DNA of 64,000 nucleotides from Alkalispirochaeta sp. (GCA_965242725.1 CBDESZ010000007.1:32001-96000); one strand, 5' to 3'. Counted from the first letter of the stretch, positions 9,731 to 20,643 are shown. Numbers and translations are program-made. The notes: generated from the letters alone by a model not told the origin.

Positions 9731-10120
9731 ATGTCCAACAAGCATTCTCACACCCGCTCCAGAGCGAACACCTTTGTATGTGCCAACTGCCGCCGCACCG
9801 TAGAAAAATCGTCATACGGCACGGCCAATCGCAACCATTGTCCCTACTTCCTTCACTCCCTGCATGTGGACGAACAAACGGGCGACCGCCGCTCCGATTG
9901 CCGGGGCGTGATGAAACCGATCGCTATTTGGGTCCGCCCCGATGGAGAATGGAGCCTTATTCACCGTTGCGAACGCTGCGGGTTCATTCGAACAAATCGC
10001 ATTGCCGGAGACGACAGTGAAGCGGCGCTTTTGTCGATGGCGGCGCTGCCGATGGCGAAGCTTCCCTTCCCCATGGAGAGCATTCTCACCACGATCGGTA
10101 TCATCGGGAAAAAATATTGA
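9731..10120 (+). CDS. RNHCP domain protein
   Basis: FVCANC...RNHCP...SLHVD...GDR...C.G.M.PI...HRCERCG...NRIAGDD. Confidence 0.9.
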   Translation: MSNKHSHTRSRANTFVCANCRRTVEKSSYGTANRNHCPYFLHSLHVDEQTGDRRSDCRGVMKPIAIWVRPDGEWSLIHRCERCGFIRTNRIAGDDSEAALLSMAALPMAKLPFPMESILTTIGIIGKKY

Positions 10121-10241
10121 CCGGTACGGATGTCGGCGCGGACCGACAGCCGCCGTTATCGATTATCGGTCAAGGTGGATCGGAAATTTCTTTATATAGA
10201 ACGCGAGCGTTCTGCGGAGCCACATCTCCGGTCGTCCGGAC

Positions 10242-10268
10242 ACAACCCGCTCCGTCGGGGCGGGTTGT
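10242..10268. terminator. GC-rich hairpin, possible terminator
   Basis: ACAACCCGCTCC-GTC-GGGGCGGGTTGT stem-loop; no clear U-tract. Confidence 0.35.
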
Positions 10269-10398
10269 CCGAAGACGATGATTAATACATTTCTACAGAA
10301 ATAAAACAGTCCGACATCAGCTCCGAATCAGAGGAGGGCCGTATCCTGAACCCAAGAATAAACGCCGGCGTCAAAGAGATGCCGGGAAGGAGATTACA

Positions 10399-10794
10399 AT
10401 GTTTCGATCAACTATTCTGCGGGTTACAGCTGGTATTGCCATGGCTTTCCTGGTTGTTACATCAGCGGTTGCGATTCCACCGAAGGCAAAGAATGCCCCG
10501 AACTCCATTCGGGTCGTTCCACCTGAAGGGCTGGTAGCCTACTTTGAATCCAACGGTGTAGATATGTCCAAATTTCGGGCGAATGGCACGTTGGACGAAG
10601 ATACCGCCGAGGCGATGTACTCCCTCTATGTGGCGGAAGATCAACAGGGAGATCGTATTCACAGCGGCCGGATTAACGGCATCGCTCTGGGCGCTCTCGC
10701 AAAAACGTATGATCAGGTCCAGTTGCCGGTCTATTTGGAGATCGGATCCCTCTACTGGGGCAGCTGGCGAGAAAAGGACGGCCTTTCAGATTGA
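10399..10794 (+). CDS. Secreted hypothetical protein
   Basis: AAGGAG SD; signal peptide ending AVA; no family recognised. Confidence 0.7.
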   Translation: MFRSTILRVTAGIAMAFLVVTSAVAIPPKAKNAPNSIRVVPPEGLVAYFESNGVDMSKFRANGTLDEDTAEAMYSLYVAEDQQGDRIHSGRINGIALGALAKTYDQVQLPVYLEIGSLYWGSWREKDGLSD

Positions 10795-10899
10795 CGAGGT
10801 AATGCTCCCCTGTACGATCCTCATGAAGACGCCGGGTCAGCGCCCGGCGTCTTCTTCCTTTATTAGGGCTCCGCGTGTGTCGAGGAACGCTTTGAACGA

Positions 10900-11634
10900 T
10901 CAGATTAGGCACATTTCGCGCGCCATTGGTGAAAGGACCGTCCCCGTGAATTGATAACCATATCCCCGGACAGTCTCAATCCAGGGATATGGTCCGAGCT
11001 TCTTTCGAATGTTTTTGATATGAGTGTCAAGGGAACGGAGATAAGCCGTCGGGCTTTCGTATCCCATGCAATGGTCGACTATCGCCTCACGGGAACATAT
11101 TGCTCCCGCCCGGGAGGCCAAATAATGGAGCACACGCCATTCCGTCTCGGTAAGCTTGACATATATTCCGTTTTTAAAAATCTTATGGAGGTTCTCATCA
11201 ATCCGTATGACATGTCGACCAAGCTGCCATGCCGCAACTCCGGCTGATCCCGTGTTTACAGGACCACTTATCTCCAGTAGTCCGTGAATTCGTAACGCCA
11301 ATTCTCGGTTCGAAAGGGAACCGCTGAGAAGTGCACTGATCCCCAATCGAAAAAGGTGGAAGCGGTCGCCTTCGGGTATTTCATTCGCGATAACAATTGG
11401 ATGGAAAATCCCTCCATTGGTTAACGTCCGGACCTGTTCGAACAAGCCTTCTCTTGTCCATCCAAATGCCCAGACCGCGACGCCGAGAATCGTGTCATGT
11501 ACCGGTAGTTCCTCTCCATTTTTAGACGATTTTGTCAGCACAAGCACGGTAAAGTCGAGCAGCGTGAGTTCTCGCTTCAACTGAACAACTTCCCCGGCTT
11601 CCCGCGCAACCAATAGAATGAACTGTTTCTCCAT
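10900..11634 (-). CDS. OmpR-family winged-helix regulator with degenerate receiver domain
   Basis: C-terminal LTETEWRVL...RSLDTHIKNIRKKLG...IETVRGYGY; N-terminal domain lacks the acidic pocket. Confidence 0.85.
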   Translation of the reverse strand: MEKQFILLVAREAGEVVQLKRELTLLDFTVLVLTKSSKNGEELPVHDTILGVAVWAFGWTREGLFEQVRTLTNGGIFHPIVIANEIPEGDRFHLFRLGISALLSGSLSNRELALRIHGLLEISGPVNTGSAGVAAWQLGRHVIRIDENLHKIFKNGIYVKLTETEWRVLHYLASRAGAICSREAIVDHCMGYESPTAYLRSLDTHIKNIRKKLGPYPWIETVRGYGYQFTGTVLSPMAREMCLI

Positions 11635-11684
11635 GCACTATTCCCTCTCTCGGACGAACTTCGGATGATATGTCATCCGTTGAC

Positions 11685-12977
11685 TCACATTCCCAGTCCG
11701 ATTGAAAAGCTGAATAACCAGACTTCTCTACTCGCTCCATACGCGAGATCAAAGCCGAGAGCCGGCAGTGTTACTCTGCTCAGGTACAATCTGAATCCCG
11801 CGCCGGCACCGTTATATGTGTCCTCGCTCCGTACGAGCACGCCTCCTTCGTAAAAGCCAAGCACGGTAATAGTTCCCCAGTCGGGGCGTAGAATCGGCAA
11901 CTCATACGTCAACCCGGCGGAAATGTATCTCTCGGCAGGAACACTTTCTCGGTCAATAGTGCGCTGGGTTTCCCCGCCGCCAAGTCTCGTCATTCTCCAG
12001 TCGGTCCGATTGCTTTCTTCCGCGCGCAAAGCGTAGCGAAGTCGATGATCCCGGAGCAAAGGGAAATCCTGGGAGAACTCCCCCGCGAGTGTCCACTCCC
12101 TCTCACGCCCCCCGCCTAGTTCGTACTCACCCTCAAGCTCCAGAACATATCCGGCGTTGAAATATCGCATTGGATTCTGATCACTGAATTGAATAGAAAT
12201 TCCGTGATAGGCGGCGGTCTCGGTCCCGCCTGCACCGGGGGCACGGCGCCCGTCCACAAATTGTTCCTGCTGGACGACAAGAAAGGTCGTCGAAGTCATA
12301 CCGTCACCAAAGCGATAGCCAAGTCCCAGCCGCGCTGTGGAATTTGTCGCTTCCCACTCTGCCAATGTCTCGTCCTTCAGAGTGACCGCCTTGTCTTCCG
12401 AGCGGCCGTAAGTAACAGCTGTCTCGCCAAGGAAGTCGGATCCAAGAATCGCCGGATCTCGGTAGACCATTATCCCGTTGAATCCGGCGGTTCCGAAAGC
12501 ACCGCCGGTTATCAACTGCTTGTTGTATCCGAGGAGATTGTTCTCTATCACAAAGAGCCCTCCACTCGTTCCTCCGGAATTTGCGGAAAAAAGCGGCAAC
12601 GGGACCAGCGTCCAACGCTCCCGTACAATCACCTCTATGATCGCGCGGTTGCCGGAGACCATATCAGGATCCGGTTCTACTCGTACCCGGTCGAACAGGC
12701 CGAGACTTCTGAGGTCCCGACGAATCTCCTCTCGCACCTCCTCGGTGTACGCAATCCCGGGCGCGGCGTCCATCGCCTGAAGCAGGACAGACGGATTTGT
12801 ACGCTGAAGTCCCTCAAATCGGATTTCCCCAATCAATGCCGTTTCGGTCCTGACGCCGTTTTGGGGATACGGCACCGTCGAGGCGGGGTACGTGTCGTGT
12901 CCCTCCGACAGCGCCCCAACGGCTGCACTGAAATGAAGAAAACCAACAATAAGGAAGCGATAGTGTAGAGCATTCAT
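11685..12977 (-). CDS. Omp85 (BamA/TamA-like) outer membrane protein with a single POTRA domain
   Basis: Signal peptide; IRFEGLQRT...LRSLGLFDRV...VRERW POTRA; ENNLLG; terminal GAGFRLYL...GFDLAYG...FSFSIG strands. Confidence 0.8.
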   Translation of the reverse strand: MNALHYRFLIVGFLHFSAAVGALSEGHDTYPASTVPYPQNGVRTETALIGEIRFEGLQRTNPSVLLQAMDAAPGIAYTEEVREEIRRDLRSLGLFDRVRVEPDPDMVSGNRAIIEVIVRERWTLVPLPLFSANSGGTSGGLFVIENNLLGYNKQLITGGAFGTAGFNGIMVYRDPAILGSDFLGETAVTYGRSEDKAVTLKDETLAEWEATNSTARLGLGYRFGDGMTSTTFLVVQQEQFVDGRRAPGAGGTETAAYHGISIQFSDQNPMRYFNAGYVLELEGEYELGGGREREWTLAGEFSQDFPLLRDHRLRYALRAEESNRTDWRMTRLGGGETQRTIDRESVPAERYISAGLTYELPILRPDWGTITVLGFYEGGVLVRSEDTYNGAGAGFRLYLSRVTLPALGFDLAYGASREVWLFSFSIGLGM

Positions 12978-13023
12978 ACGTCCAAGAATGCGTCGATGAC
13001 ACTATTAATAGCCATTAAGAGAA

Positions 13024-13042
13024 GTTGAACATTTTATGAACA
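13024..13042 (-). promoter_or_regulatory. OmpR-type direct-repeat box upstream of the Omp85 gene
   Basis: GTTGAACATTTTATGAACA, half-sites 11 bp apart; near-identical copy at 20625-20643. Confidence 0.65.
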
Positions 13043-13096
13043 TAAACCTATCGGGGATTACATGACCCTTGCGGAATCTGCCGCCGTACGACGCTC

Positions 13097-14461
13097 CTAT
13101 CTTGCCACGTCAGGAGAAACGCAGATTATAAAAGCCGCTCCACCTAGGTTCGACCGTTCTGCACGGATGGTCATCCCCATCAGGTCAAGAATTGATCGAA
13201 CCGTCGGAAGCCCCAGGCCGAAACCCGGTTGATTGCGGCTTTTACTGCCCCGACGGAACAGTTCAAAGGCCTCTTCGGGTTCCATATCCTGGAAGCCTTT
13301 CCCGCTATCTTCCAATCGGATTTCCACCTGTCCTTTCCCGTGGCTCGTTGCAGCAAGCCGTATTTCATCCCCCTCTTCGGTGTGGCGAATTGCATTCTGA
13401 AAGAGATTCTCCATCACCCGGTCGAGGAGAGCCCTGTCGGCCGTCACGGATGTTTTCTCGGGAAGGTCTATTTTATACGAGAATCGACGTTTCATGACAT
13501 GAATGTCCGCCTCCGCCGAGGATGCTGAAACTTTCAAATACTCCGCCAGGCGGAGTTTTTCGTATCGTGCATTCAGATCTCCGGTCTCGAGACGGACAAA
13601 CTCTATCAGTTCCTGGACACGTGATTGGAGCAGCTGGGCTTTACTTCTAATAGAATGCAGGGATCGTCGGCGGTCTTCCTCATCCTGAAAAAGATCGTCC
13701 TCCAATGCTTCGACATAGCCAAGGATAGTCGTCAATGGCGTACCGAGATCGTGGGAAACTCCCATGAGAAGACGACTCCGCTGCTGTTGACTTTCCAGGA
13801 TAGACCGACGCATGCGATCGAGATCTTCCGCAAGATCACGTATTTCATCCCGAGAGTCCGTAACAACTGGTGACGTCAAGTCTCCGGCGGCAATTCTATG
13901 TGTTGCAGATGCAACATCATTCAGCCGACGCTGAAAATCTCTCACAATATGGGTACCCGCTACGCCTCCCGCAAAAAGCATCAATCCGAAGATTACGACA
14001 ACACCACGAGTCTTTCTGGAATCGGGAAAACTGAAGGACGGTATTCCCGACGGAAGGGCGCTACAACACCCGAAACTCTTTACCGGAGGTATCAGTAACC
14101 AGCTCCAACACCACTTGTGACTTTGTCAGGGCTCGCATTACCGGCTCTATATCCTGTTGCTGTGGATTGCCAACCCCGACGGCAATCATTTCAGGGTGTG
14201 TGGTGGCAACGACCACGCCCGCGGTGATCTGCAACAACGACAAACCCCCTGGGTTCATCCGAGAGGTCAACGGGTATCCTCCCCTCCTCCAGTGGTTCCC
14301 GCACCTTCTGCTCAAACCAGTACCGAAACTCAAAATAATCCTTTACCTCTCCCGTCTCTCTGTTCAGGATTGTCGTGAGAGAAGAGAAGGGTTCCCAGGA
14401 TGAGAATCGGCATCAGTGACATTCCGAAAACGAGAAGTTGTATCTTTTTTTGCAACCTCAT
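13097..14461 (-). CDS. HAMP-domain sensor histidine kinase, three apparent frameshifts in the 5' part
   Basis: HAMP, SHDLGTPL H-box, NAIRH, DSGKG, GFGLGL. N-terminus MRLQKKIQLLVFGMSLMPILILG starts at an ATGA overlap (14461). Frame changes near 14380, 14220 and 14070. Confidence 0.8.
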
Positions 14462-15182
14462 TCGTTCTCCTGCCGATCAAGTTCAACGGCATAACCGTAC
14501 CCGTGGCGGGTGGTAATAAACCGCGGCTTAGAAGGCTCTTCTTCGAGCTTCCGCCTCAATCGTTGAATGTGAACTGCGACGCTCGATACATCGCCGAACT
14601 CGTTCTTCCATACGGATCGGTATATCTCCTCCGGCCCCGCCGGGCGGCCTCCACATTCGATCAGATAACGCAGCACCCCGAATTCCAGCGGAGTCAGTTG
14701 TATTTCCGTTCCGTCTCGGAGAACTCTGGCGGTTTCCACATTGACCACAATGTTTCCCTACTTGTACCGGTCTCCCATTTTCGTTGTTGTGTTGAGTCTG
14801 GGAACGACCGTCGTTAATCCCGGTACGCCGGAGCAGCGCCCGGACACGGGCGACAAGGACTTTTGGGAGAGAATGGTTTTGTCACATACTCATCGGCTCC
14901 GACCCCTAGACCAAAGACTGCGTCCATTTCCTCCTGCCTGGCGGTCACGACGATTACGGGTACGGAACTTACGGACCGAATCTCCCGGAGCACTTCAAAC
15001 CCGTCCAACTGTGGCAAATTAATATCAAGCAGAATGAGATCCCACGTATCGTCCTGGAGGGCGGCCAATGCCGCCTCTCCTGAGGAAGCGACCCGGGTAG
15101 TAAATCCCTCCCGGGTCATGTAGGCATTGATCAAGTTCGAAATGTCCTCGTCATCTTCTACGATGAGGATGGATCCCGTCAT
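14458..15182 (-). CDS. OmpR-family response regulator, two apparent frameshifts
   Basis: ILIVEDD, LLDINLP, GADEYVTKPFSPK, then VAVHIQRLRRKLE...HGYGY. Extra bases at the A-run 14861-14864 and near 14755. Confidence 0.85.
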
Positions 15183-15192
15183 AGACGCCTCC

Positions 15193-18100
15193 TTATGCAC
15201 TCGCCAGAATATCCTGTTTTCTGACACCGCCCCTGGGGGCAAAAAAGGTATAGAGAACAGGCACGACAAATAGCGTCAATAGCGCGCTGGAGGTTAACCC
15301 ACCCACGATGGTCATTCCCACCGGTTGCGTCAATTGTCCGCCGTCTCCGGGGAAGAATGCCAACGGCACCATGCCGAGAATTGTCGTGAGGGTGGTCATG
15401 AATATCGGCCTGAATCGGGTCTTCCCCGCTTCCATAGCGGCCTCGTAAAGCCCATATCCCCGCGTTCTCAGCTGATTTGTATAGTCTACCAGGACAATGC
15501 CGTTATTTACCACGATTCCTGCCAGTGCAACGAGACCAACCAGGGAGAACATCGACAGCGGTTCGCCAATGATAACGTAAATCGCCACCGCTCCGATCAA
15601 CATGAGGGGAATGGTGAAGAAGATGATAAAGGGCATCCGAAATGACTCAAACTGACTCGCCATGATACCAAAGACGAGGAGAATTGCGACGACAAGAACA
15701 AGACCGAGCTGACGCCCCGCATCGGCGATCTCCGAGAGCTCTCCATAGAACTGAACATTGATGTCGCCGGGAATGGAAAGGGCATCCTGTATTCGTGCCT
15801 TCAATTCTCGGTTGCACTTCACTGATAAGGGCACCTGGTGCCAGTCCGCCGGTCACATGAATTGTAGGGCTCTCATTTTCCCGGTTTATTTCCGTCGGAC
15901 CCTGAGCGAGCCGGACCGTAGCCAGAGAGGAAATTGGAACTTTTGTGCCACTTGCGGCGCTGACAAATACGGCTTCCACATCACCAATATCCGCGCGTTG
16001 ATCTTCGGCAAGAACGACTGAGATGTCCCATTCGGTACCGTCCTTTTCAACCTGGCGGCGGTAGTACCGTGTATCGCCGCGCGTACCTCCCTGCTGATTT
16101 GCGAGACCGTTACACCAAGGTCCGCCGCCCGGCTGTGGTCGATATCAACGACCAGCTCGGGACTTGCTTCGCCCAGGTTGGTGGAAGGTTCGGTCACCTC
16201 GGGGAACTCCCTATCCAGCAATTCCTTTATTTGCATCGCCACCAACGTGGCTCCGTCCAGGTTATCGGACTGGACCACAATATCTACGGGATCTCCCTCC
16301 CGAGAGCCTTCTGCTTTCATTCTGACCAAAGTCAAACTCGATACCCGGCTGTCCGGCGATAAATGAACGAATTTCGTCTTGAATCTCCTCCGTATCATAG
16401 GTGACCTCATTGATCGATGGGAGTCCGACCTCTATTCTTGCGCTGTTGCTGCCGTCTCGACCGCTTTGAACGACGATTGTATCCGCGACATCTACGTTTT
16501 CACGTATCCAGCGGGCAACGTTGTCTGCGGTCTTCGCAGTGTCGTCGAGCTTTGAACCTTCTCTGAGGGTCATCGATATGGAAATCGTATCCTCCGCGGC
16601 GGGCGGAGCAAAAACAAAACCGAGCTGCGGAATGAATGATAGCGCAACGATCAGAAGAGCCACGGCGATGGAAAGGACGAGACCACGACGACCGAGTGCA
16701 CGTTCGAGAAGCCATCCATAGCCCGCTTCAAGATGGCCGAGGAAACCGGCTATCCCGTCACCGATTCCTGCGAAGAGTCCCCGACGCTTTTCCCCATGCC
16801 CCTTGAGAGGGAGATAGGTACTCGACAGGACGGGAACGAGCAGCGCCGCCACTGCAAGGGATGACAGAATGGCTACAATAATGACAAAAGCGAGGTCGGC
16901 AAAGAGAACACCAATGATACCAAGACGATCCCGGAATAATAGAAGGGGGATAAAGACACTTATTGTCGTCAAGGCGGAGGCGGTAATGGCGGTAATCATC
17001 TCTCCGGTTCCCAATGTCGCCGCATCGTGTAACTCCGCGCCCTCTTTTCGGTGACGGTCGATATTTTCCAGAACCACAATGGACGAGTCCACAATCATAC
17101 CAATACCGAGAATGAGGCCCGCCATCGAAAGAAGATTGAGAGAAATGCCGCCGAAACTCATCGCAAGGAGTGTAGCCAGAAGAGATACCGGGATGCTCAT
17201 GCCGATAATAATTGCCGCACGGAAATTGTGAAGGAAGAGAAAGAGAACCAACATCGTCAGTCCCCCTCCGATAAGGAGGGAGTTTGTAACCTGATTAAGA
17301 GTGTCCTTCGTTGCCGTACTTGTATCGCTGGTGATCTGGAGGATGACCCCTTCGGGGGTCATATCTTTAAACGGTTCAAGGGCTGCCCGGACGGAATCGG
17401 CAACCTCGACGATATTTGTACCGCTCTCGGCTGTAATGGATAGAGTGACGGCGGGCTCGCCATTTACCCGAACAATGGATGCGGCATCCTCATAGCCAAA
17501 GGCAACTTCGGCAATCTCTTCCAGGAGTATCGGACGTTGCTGAGGGCCGGAACCTGCATACCCGATAACCGCCTGTTCAAGTTCACGAATAGACTCAAAT
17601 TCTCCGGTGGAGCGGACGAGAAGCTCCCGATTGTCAACGGTAATTTTTCCTCCGGAGCCGTCACTATTCGCCTGCCCTAAAGCCCCGGCGACCCCGGTGA
17701 CGGTCAGGCCGTACGCCTGGAGGGCGGCCGCGTCAAGCTTGACACTCACAATCTCTGTCCTTCCACCGCCAATCTCCACACGGGCAACTCCGTCCACCCG
17801 TTCCAACGGCGCCTGAAGTACCTCCTCGGCAAAAGTCTTCAGTTCTTCAGGAGTTCTATCACCATTCAGCGCGACCGTCATTATCGGCTGGGCGTTGGGA
17901 TCGAATCTGAAGATACGGGGATCTTCCGCCTCACGAGGCAATGCACCCACGGCCCGATCAAGCAATTCTCTTACATCATTGGTAGCCTCGGTCAGATCGG
18001 TGTCCCAATCGAAGTCGAGAATAATTTGACTGAGCCCTTCCGACGATGTTGAGGTAATCGTATCGAGGCCCAGGACACTTGCCAGCGATGCTTCCAGCGG

Positions 18101-18292
18101 CTTGGTAACACTCTCCTCCACTTCTTCCGGTCCCGCGGCATACACCGTCGTAACCAACATTCTCGGGAGGTCGACCTGCGGGAAAAAGGCGATAGCCAGA
18201 TTCTGGTAGGCAAAGACGCCGAAAATTGTCGTCGCCAGGAACAAAACAAGAATCGTTACCGGACGGCGGACTATCTGTTTTACAAAACCCAT
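15193..18292 (-). CDS. RND efflux permease (AcrB/AcrD/AcrF family), three apparent frameshifts
   Basis: Four consecutive ORF pieces rebuild a ~1030-aa RND with GMIVDSSIVVLENI, GIVVNNGIVLVD, RFRPIFMTTLTT. Shifts near 16296, 16046 and 15799. Confidence 0.9.
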
Positions 18293-19260
18293 CAGTTATT
18301 CTCCCCGGCGGTACCCGCAATTCGTACGGCTCCATGGTCCTGAACCTTCTGTACGCCGTTCATGACAACTTCCGTGCCGGCATCTATACCGCCGGAGATT
18401 GCGACATAGTCTCTTGCGATTAATCCGACCTGTACTTCCCGACGTTCCGCTCTCCCCTCTACGACCGCGTAGACGTATGTCTTTCCCGCTTCCTGCACCA
18501 GGGCGCTAAACGGGACAGTGACGGCTCGTCCACTTCTGCGTACCGGCAGGGATATCCGGGTAAACATACCCGGCTGGAGATCCGATGCGTCACCGACTAC
18601 TTTTAGGCGTACCTCTTTGGAGCGTGTCGCGGGATCGACTACCGGCTCAATTTCCACAACCAAAGCGTCATAGTTCCGATCTCCGAGGGCAAATGTCGTA
18701 AAGGTGGCGCCCATACCCGGACGGACTGATGTAACATATCGTTCCGGTACCTGGACGACGATTTTCAGGTCGTCCAGTGTTGCGACGGTGGCAATACCCG
18801 CAGTCGGTGATACGGCACTGCCCCGATCAATGTGTACCGACGTAATGTACCCGGAAATGGGAGCCACCACAGGGCTTTCCTCATACTGTGCTCCCGGGCG
18901 GGAGGGATCCACGGTTGCCAGGGTTTGGCCTTCCCGGACGTACTGCCCCGGGGTCACAACCATTCTTTTCAAGGTACCCGCGGTATCTGGATAGGCTACG
19001 GCGGTAATCTCCGCAAGAATCTCGCCGTTCAGCCGCACCTCTCCCTGAAGCTCTCGCTCAACGGCAACGGCTGTCGTAACGACCGCGGCGCTCGATTCCT
19101 CAATAGAGGCGGGATGCGCCGTTACCTCACCGTTTACTTCAGTTCCATCGTCATTCAGAGAACGTTCGCTCAGAATTCCTAAGTTCTGTGTAGCGACAAA
19201 AACCGCGCCACCCAGAAGCAGAACACTCAACAGTGCTGCAATAATCGTCTGAATTTTCAT
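18292..19260 (-). CDS. RND periplasmic adaptor (membrane fusion protein)
   Basis: N-terminal anchor; GQYVREGQ...APISG lipoyl halves; LQPGMF; VPFSAL; lies between TolC and RND. Confidence 0.92.
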   Translation of the reverse strand: MKIQTIIAALLSVLLLGGAVFVATQNLGILSERSLNDDGTEVNGEVTAHPASIEESSAAVVTTAVAVERELQGEVRLNGEILAEITAVAYPDTAGTLKRMVVTPGQYVREGQTLATVDPSRPGAQYEESPVVAPISGYITSVHIDRGSAVSPTAGIATVATLDDLKIVVQVPERYVTSVRPGMGATFTTFALGDRNYDALVVEIEPVVDPATRSKEVRLKVVGDASDLQPGMFTRISLPVRRSGRAVTVPFSALVQEAGKTYVYAVVEGRAERREVQVGLIARDYVAISGGIDAGTEVVMNGVQKVQDHGAVRIAGTAGENN

Positions 19261-19271
19261 CGGTCACTCCT

Positions 19272-20579
19272 TTATTTGATACCGCGTCCCGCGGTGTATT
19301 CGATCTCAATGAGGCTGCTTTTCAGGTTGTACGCTTCCTGAAGGAGAGCAAGTCGCGCCTCTTCGACATCCGTCTGAGCTTCAATAAGAGATACAAAATC
19401 GGTCGTACCCCTCTCGTATGCTTCCCGGGTGAGGTTTTCGACTTCACGGGCAATTCCAAGATTCAACCTCCGAGACTCCAGAGCCGTCCGGGATCGTTCT
19501 ATGTTCCGTCGGAGGGAGTCATATTCCCTCCGTGCCCGATCCAGGGCATCCTGCTTCTCCAGACGCAGCGCTGATAGCCGGGCCGCCGACCGGTCTTCGG
19601 AAATACTCGTTTGTGAAAAGGGAAGCATCCCGTCGAGCCGAAAGGTGAGACCGACGCTGAGAGATCCGGAATCTGTCCACTCACCGTGAAGCGTATCGTT
19701 ATCGGGATTGAAGGGGTCCGCCGTAGACGGTGCGTAGCTTCCCGTAAGAGAAACGGTCGGAAGCCATCGACTCCGGTTCGCTGCGTAGAGCATCGCTTCC
19801 TGGGCCTGGATCTGCGCTTCGTATCGCGCAATGTCATTCCTGCTGCCCGCTTCAAAAGGGGGCAGGGATTGATCCGTCCCGTCTTCCGGAAGTGTCCCGT
19901 TGAGGCGGATTTCCTGCTGTTCCGCTATTCCGAGAAGGCTTTTGAATATCGCCAGAGAGTCTTCCATGGAAGCTTCGGTCCGCTCGTGTACCAGGCGCGC
20001 TTCTGCCAGCCGGAGTTCCGCCTGCTTCAACGTTCTGGAATCTACACGTCCGTTGTCGTAATCACGTCGGGTCTGACGAAAATTCTCTTCCGCGGTAATG
20101 ACGCTGCTTCTGTTCACCCCAAGCCGCTCCTGGACAAGAATGAGAGAGTAGAAGAGCTTGCGTACCTGCTCGGCTATATTTTCTTCCGCATCCTCGTATG
20201 AGAGACGCGCGGCGGCCATATTCCGGCGAACCGCTTCAACCTGTTGCACAATTCCCGGGGGAACCGCAAGTTGCGCGGAAATGGAATACCCCGCGGTTGT
20301 ATGGTAGGGCTCGGCAGGGAACGGCGCCGGGATCTCTTCGTTTCTCCGCGATAGAGATCCACCTGCACTGACAGTAGGTACAATGATATTCCACGCAAAA
20401 TCTGCCTGCCGTTCTTCCGTCGCAAGGGTGACCCGTTGCGCCCGGAGGAAAAGATTTTCTTTGAAGGCGCGTTCAATGGCTTCGGTCTCACTGAGTACAA
20501 GTTCCTGGGCGCCGACGGAGATAACGGCGCAGACGAGAAGAACAGTAGAAACGAATAAACGACGGTTTGTTTTCTTCAT
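19272..20579 (-). CDS. TolC-family outer membrane efflux protein
   Basis: Signal peptide; two OEP-like repeats (YDNGRVD, YERGTTDF); first gene of the efflux operon. Confidence 0.88.
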   Translation of the reverse strand: MKKTNRRLFVSTVLLVCAVISVGAQELVLSETEAIERAFKENLFLRAQRVTLATEERQADFAWNIIVPTVSAGGSLSRRNEEIPAPFPAEPYHTTAGYSISAQLAVPPGIVQQVEAVRRNMAAARLSYEDAEENIAEQVRKLFYSLILVQERLGVNRSSVITAEENFRQTRRDYDNGRVDSRTLKQAELRLAEARLVHERTEASMEDSLAIFKSLLGIAEQQEIRLNGTLPEDGTDQSLPPFEAGSRNDIARYEAQIQAQEAMLYAANRSRWLPTVSLTGSYAPSTADPFNPDNDTLHGEWTDSGSLSVGLTFRLDGMLPFSQTSISEDRSAARLSALRLEKQDALDRARREYDSLRRNIERSRTALESRRLNLGIAREVENLTREAYERGTTDFVSLIEAQTDVEEARLALLQEAYNLKSSLIEIEYTAGRGIK

Positions 20580-20624
20580 GGGGCGTAAGATGCGCCCACT
20601 GAAGTGTTATATCCATAACAGAGA

Positions 20625-20643
20625 GTTAAACAAAATATGAACA
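20625..20643 (-). promoter_or_regulatory. OmpR-type direct-repeat box upstream of the tolC-like gene
   Basis: GTTAAACAAAATATGAACA; matches 13024-13042. Confidence 0.65.
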
